Source of the DNA: Fistulifera solaris
Lineage: Eukaryota
Direction of reading: 5' to 3'
Length of the DNA stretch: 64,000 bases
Assembly (NCBI GenBank): GCA_030295235.1
Contig: AP026129.1
Coordinates: 744,001-808,000, forward strand
The translations under genes were made by a program, and so were the position numbers. Below the pieces are notes generated by a model. The model worked only from the letters and a program-made list of their open reading frames with translations. It searched no databases and was not told where the DNA came from. This document shows, one piece after another, positions 61,401 to 64,000 of the stretch; position 1 is the stretch's first letter, and every line of letters starts with the position of its first letter.

Positions 61401-62819
61401 ATGCCGTTCAAGATAGGGTCACCGGGACGCGTAGGGTAGTTGAAGTGCACGTCTCTCACACTAATGCTTCCTGCAATCGATTCCGGTTTGAGACCTGTCG
61501 TAGCTGTGGAATCGATCTGATACTTGGGAAGGATTGCCTTGAGAACTTGTTCAACCTCTTCCGATGACTTGTTTGATTTCGTCGAACGTGTTGTTGTGCT
61601 CAAAGCGTCATCTTTCGGTTTGAAAATTTTCTTTTCTGGAGCGCCAGGCAGGCGGTTGATCGTTTGCAAAGCTTCGTAGACAGCCACTCGAGCTTGCGTG
61701 AAAGCCTCACTAAAATTTCCGAATTGAGAAACACCCTGGGCAGCGAAGGCTACGCCCAACATCGACCCGAAAACGTCCGGACCGGTAGACTCGCAAGAAA
61801 CGGCTCCAGCTACACCCGCACTTGGGTCGCAGCCTGTGTCATCTATATCACGATAAAACAAGGCAGTGCCGTACAGGGATAGGGTAGCGTAAAGAAGCAG
61901 AAACGAGCCTAACATAGAACCTGTGTGTATTGTCAATAAAGATGAGTTGAGTCTGAAATTAGCATACATTCACGCCTCATCAGCTTAGTGATCTTACCGT
62001 TCGCAAGACCAATTTTCAACAACATGGATGTTGCCATCTTCATAGCCTCACTTGTTGCTTCTTCATACTGTCGGATGAATGACGGAATGGCGTTCAACGA
62101 CAAAACTGTTCGAATTGACGAAACTGTGGTGTAGGCTACAGAACCAGCTTTACTATATGCTTCCGCCGACCTGGTTCCTTTTCCTTGGTTAAATGTCATG
62201 ACCGCCATCGCTGACGCGGAAACAAAGGGAATGACGCAAAGAACCACTAACGCCACTCGCCAAGACGAATAAAATGCATAGGCGATGCCAAAGATTCCGG
62301 TGCAAAGAAACTGAATTCCTTCCCCAAATTTGCGTCCCAACCCACGTCGGTACTTGGTGGACGCTGGACCCACCGCATTTGCCATACCTGCAGTATCATT
62401 GACGTCAAAATAAGCTGCATCTTGTCGCAAGAGAGCTTTAAACCATTTCAGGCGCAGATTCATGCAACCTCGGTAGGCGCATACTTCAAAGCACCATCCT
62501 TGAATGAGACTGGCAATAAGCGCATAGGCTCCCACAACCAAGAAAGTGTACGCCAGTTCTCTGACTTGCGCTAGACCGTCATTACTTGCCGCCGAGATAT
62601 CCGAAAAGCTATTGCTGAACAAATAGGCCAACGCCGGATAGACCAGGCCGTTCGCAATACCCGCAATAAAGCCGACAACAAAAGGAGCTGAGTCGAGAAA
62701 CCGCATTCAAAGAGGAATCCGAGCGTTTCGCCCACGGAAGCCTGTGGAGCTGCGCTCTTTCGGCTCTTCGAAGAGTCGACTTGGCGTGAAGTTTCGGCTA
62801 GCTTATCAGTCGCAGTCAT
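58449..62819 (-). CDS. Full-length ABCB/MDR transporter, copy 2 (tandem paralogue), 5 exons
   Basis: Same domain order and intron positions as copy 1; start [10 protein letters not shown]; frameshift near 62680. Confidence 0.9.
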
Positions 62820-63193
62820 TTTTTTACGCTGTTGATGCCCTTGAACCTGAATGAAAGCCTGTTTTGCCAATCAACAAAACTGAAAAGAGCAATGGCAAGT
62901 GAAACGCTTGCTGTTGCTGTCAGGGAAGAAAAGATAAAGGAGAACGTTGAAAATCTCTTTAAGGTTACCAAAAACTAATGAAAGCGGACGAAGCACAAGC
63001 AGAAAGCAGACTGCAATCAGCAATCAGCAATAAAACGTCGTCGGATTGTGAAATGGCGGAACTGAACGACCTCTCACAATGAAGGCGTAGGAATGCATGG
63101 GAACACCCGCGAACAATCGGATACGTGAGTACGTTAGTACCAGTAGCGTTTTCGAAGTCCATTTTCCATTTTCTTCTGACTCAGCTATGGATT

Positions 63194-63415
63194 TGCCGTA
63201 CCCTACGATAAGGACAATTGCGAAATGAAAATTGTAAGCTAAAGGTGAGTTACTCTATTTGACGAGCGGATCCAGGAGGATTCGCTAGGAACAATGAAGA
63301 TCCCTGCAGGTCTGGAACCTTCGCTTGTTCCCGTGCTTCCAAGACTAATACGTAGAGATGACGTCAGCAACTCATGGAGACAGAAAAGGTTAGGGATGAG
63401 CCGTAGGCCAGCGCA
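63194..63415 (-). mobile_element. Putative 3' LTR (~222 bp) of a Ty3/Gypsy retrotransposon
   Basis: On the minus strand a purine-rich tract (gagaggcagta) precedes TGCGCTGGCCTACG; the segment ends CGTAGGGTACGGCA, giving TG...CA with imperfect inverted termini; the 5' LTR lies outside the window. Confidence 0.6.
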
Positions 63416-63482
63416 TACTGCCTCTCAAGGGGGGTCTGAGATGAAACGGGAGCAGAGGAACCTTGTAAATAGGAGAAAACCT

Positions 63483-64000
63483 CTACTGTCGATATGGTTT
63501 GACGCGACGAATGGAAATTCGTTCGATCGTAAAGGCATTTCGTCGAATGCTGATGGTACCATTGGTATGGACTTGGACAATCGTAGAATGGTCCGTACGC
63601 TCGAGGCGCAAGTTTAGAAGGATTGTCGGCTAATTTTAGCACTTTATCACCAATACGATAATCGTACGAAAATCTTTTGCGATTAGCTAGAATCATACGC
63701 TTGTCAATAAGTTGTTGACGATGTTGTTGGATATTAATCCAATCTGCAACGACCGGTAGGTCGAGAAGCATGTCCCGGCCAAAAACAAGTGACCCAGGTG
63801 TTGCTTTTAAACCGCTGTGCAACGAAGCGCGTATTGCATACATGCAATTGGCCAAGGCAGTGTCGACCATTTGTTTACCACTGGTAATGCCTGTGGAAGT
63901 GGCTAAGCGCGTCATGGTGCGAAGGGTGTTACCGACGACCTGATGCATGCGCTCACAAATTGAATTCCCTTGGGGATTTTTGACCGTAGTAGGACGTGGA
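63483..64000 (-). mobile_element. Ty3/Gypsy retrotransposon pol, integrase C-terminus (partial; frameshift near 63590)
   Basis: TTVKNPQGNSICERMHQVVGNTLRT, TPGSLVFGRDMLLD, NRKRFSYDYRIGDKVL, KLAPRAYGPF, then HTNGTISI...ERISIRRVKPY in the shifted frame (GPY/F module). Confidence 0.88.

Noticed and set aside
989..61882. Numerous antisense and overlapping ORFs in the supplied track
   Set aside because: They are shadow ORFs of real genes and carry no motifs of their own.
787..62819. Mass pseudogenisation or programmed frameshifting in many genes (AKR, ACAD, PPRs, IF2, KNL1-like, uL4m, RFK, ABCB)
   Set aside because: The breaks are single-base shifts, mostly at homopolymer runs, and hit essential genes whose motifs are otherwise intact. 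A compensated pair in ABCB copy 2 (~59505-59527) fits the same pattern. Sequencing or consensus error is the simpler explanation; short-read polishing would decide.

Overview
Gene-dense eukaryotic nuclear DNA, most consistent with a diatom (probably a raphid pennate). Evidence: short GT-AG introns, bipartite plastid-targeting leaders (signal peptide followed by ...AF), HSF and PPR genes, and diatom-type transposons. About 28 protein-coding genes fill bases 1-54 kb. They include an aldo-keto reductase, FadE-type acyl-CoA dehydrogenase, RluA pseudouridine synthase, PIG-L, an M43 metalloprotease, stand-alone BioA, plastid IF2, a KNL1/Spc7-like kinetochore scaffold, a GT14 glycosyltransferase, a SAMHD1-like dNTPase, a methyltransferase-riboflavin kinase fusion, a plastid-targeted SthA-like transhydrogenase, uL4m and an HSF. 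The right end holds two tandem full-length ABCB/MDR transporter genes with a mosaic identity pattern suggesting gene conversion. Between them lies a 2,156-bp PIF/Harbinger-superfamily DNA transposon relic with exact 15-bp TIRs, a CAG target duplication and hairpin repeat arrays. The window ends in the 3' end of a Ty3/Gypsy LTR retrotransposon. Many genes carry single-base frameshifts, mostly at homopolymers, which most likely reflect an unpolished assembly. No rRNA, tRNA or CRISPR array was recognised. All family calls come from motif recognition by eye; no database search was run.
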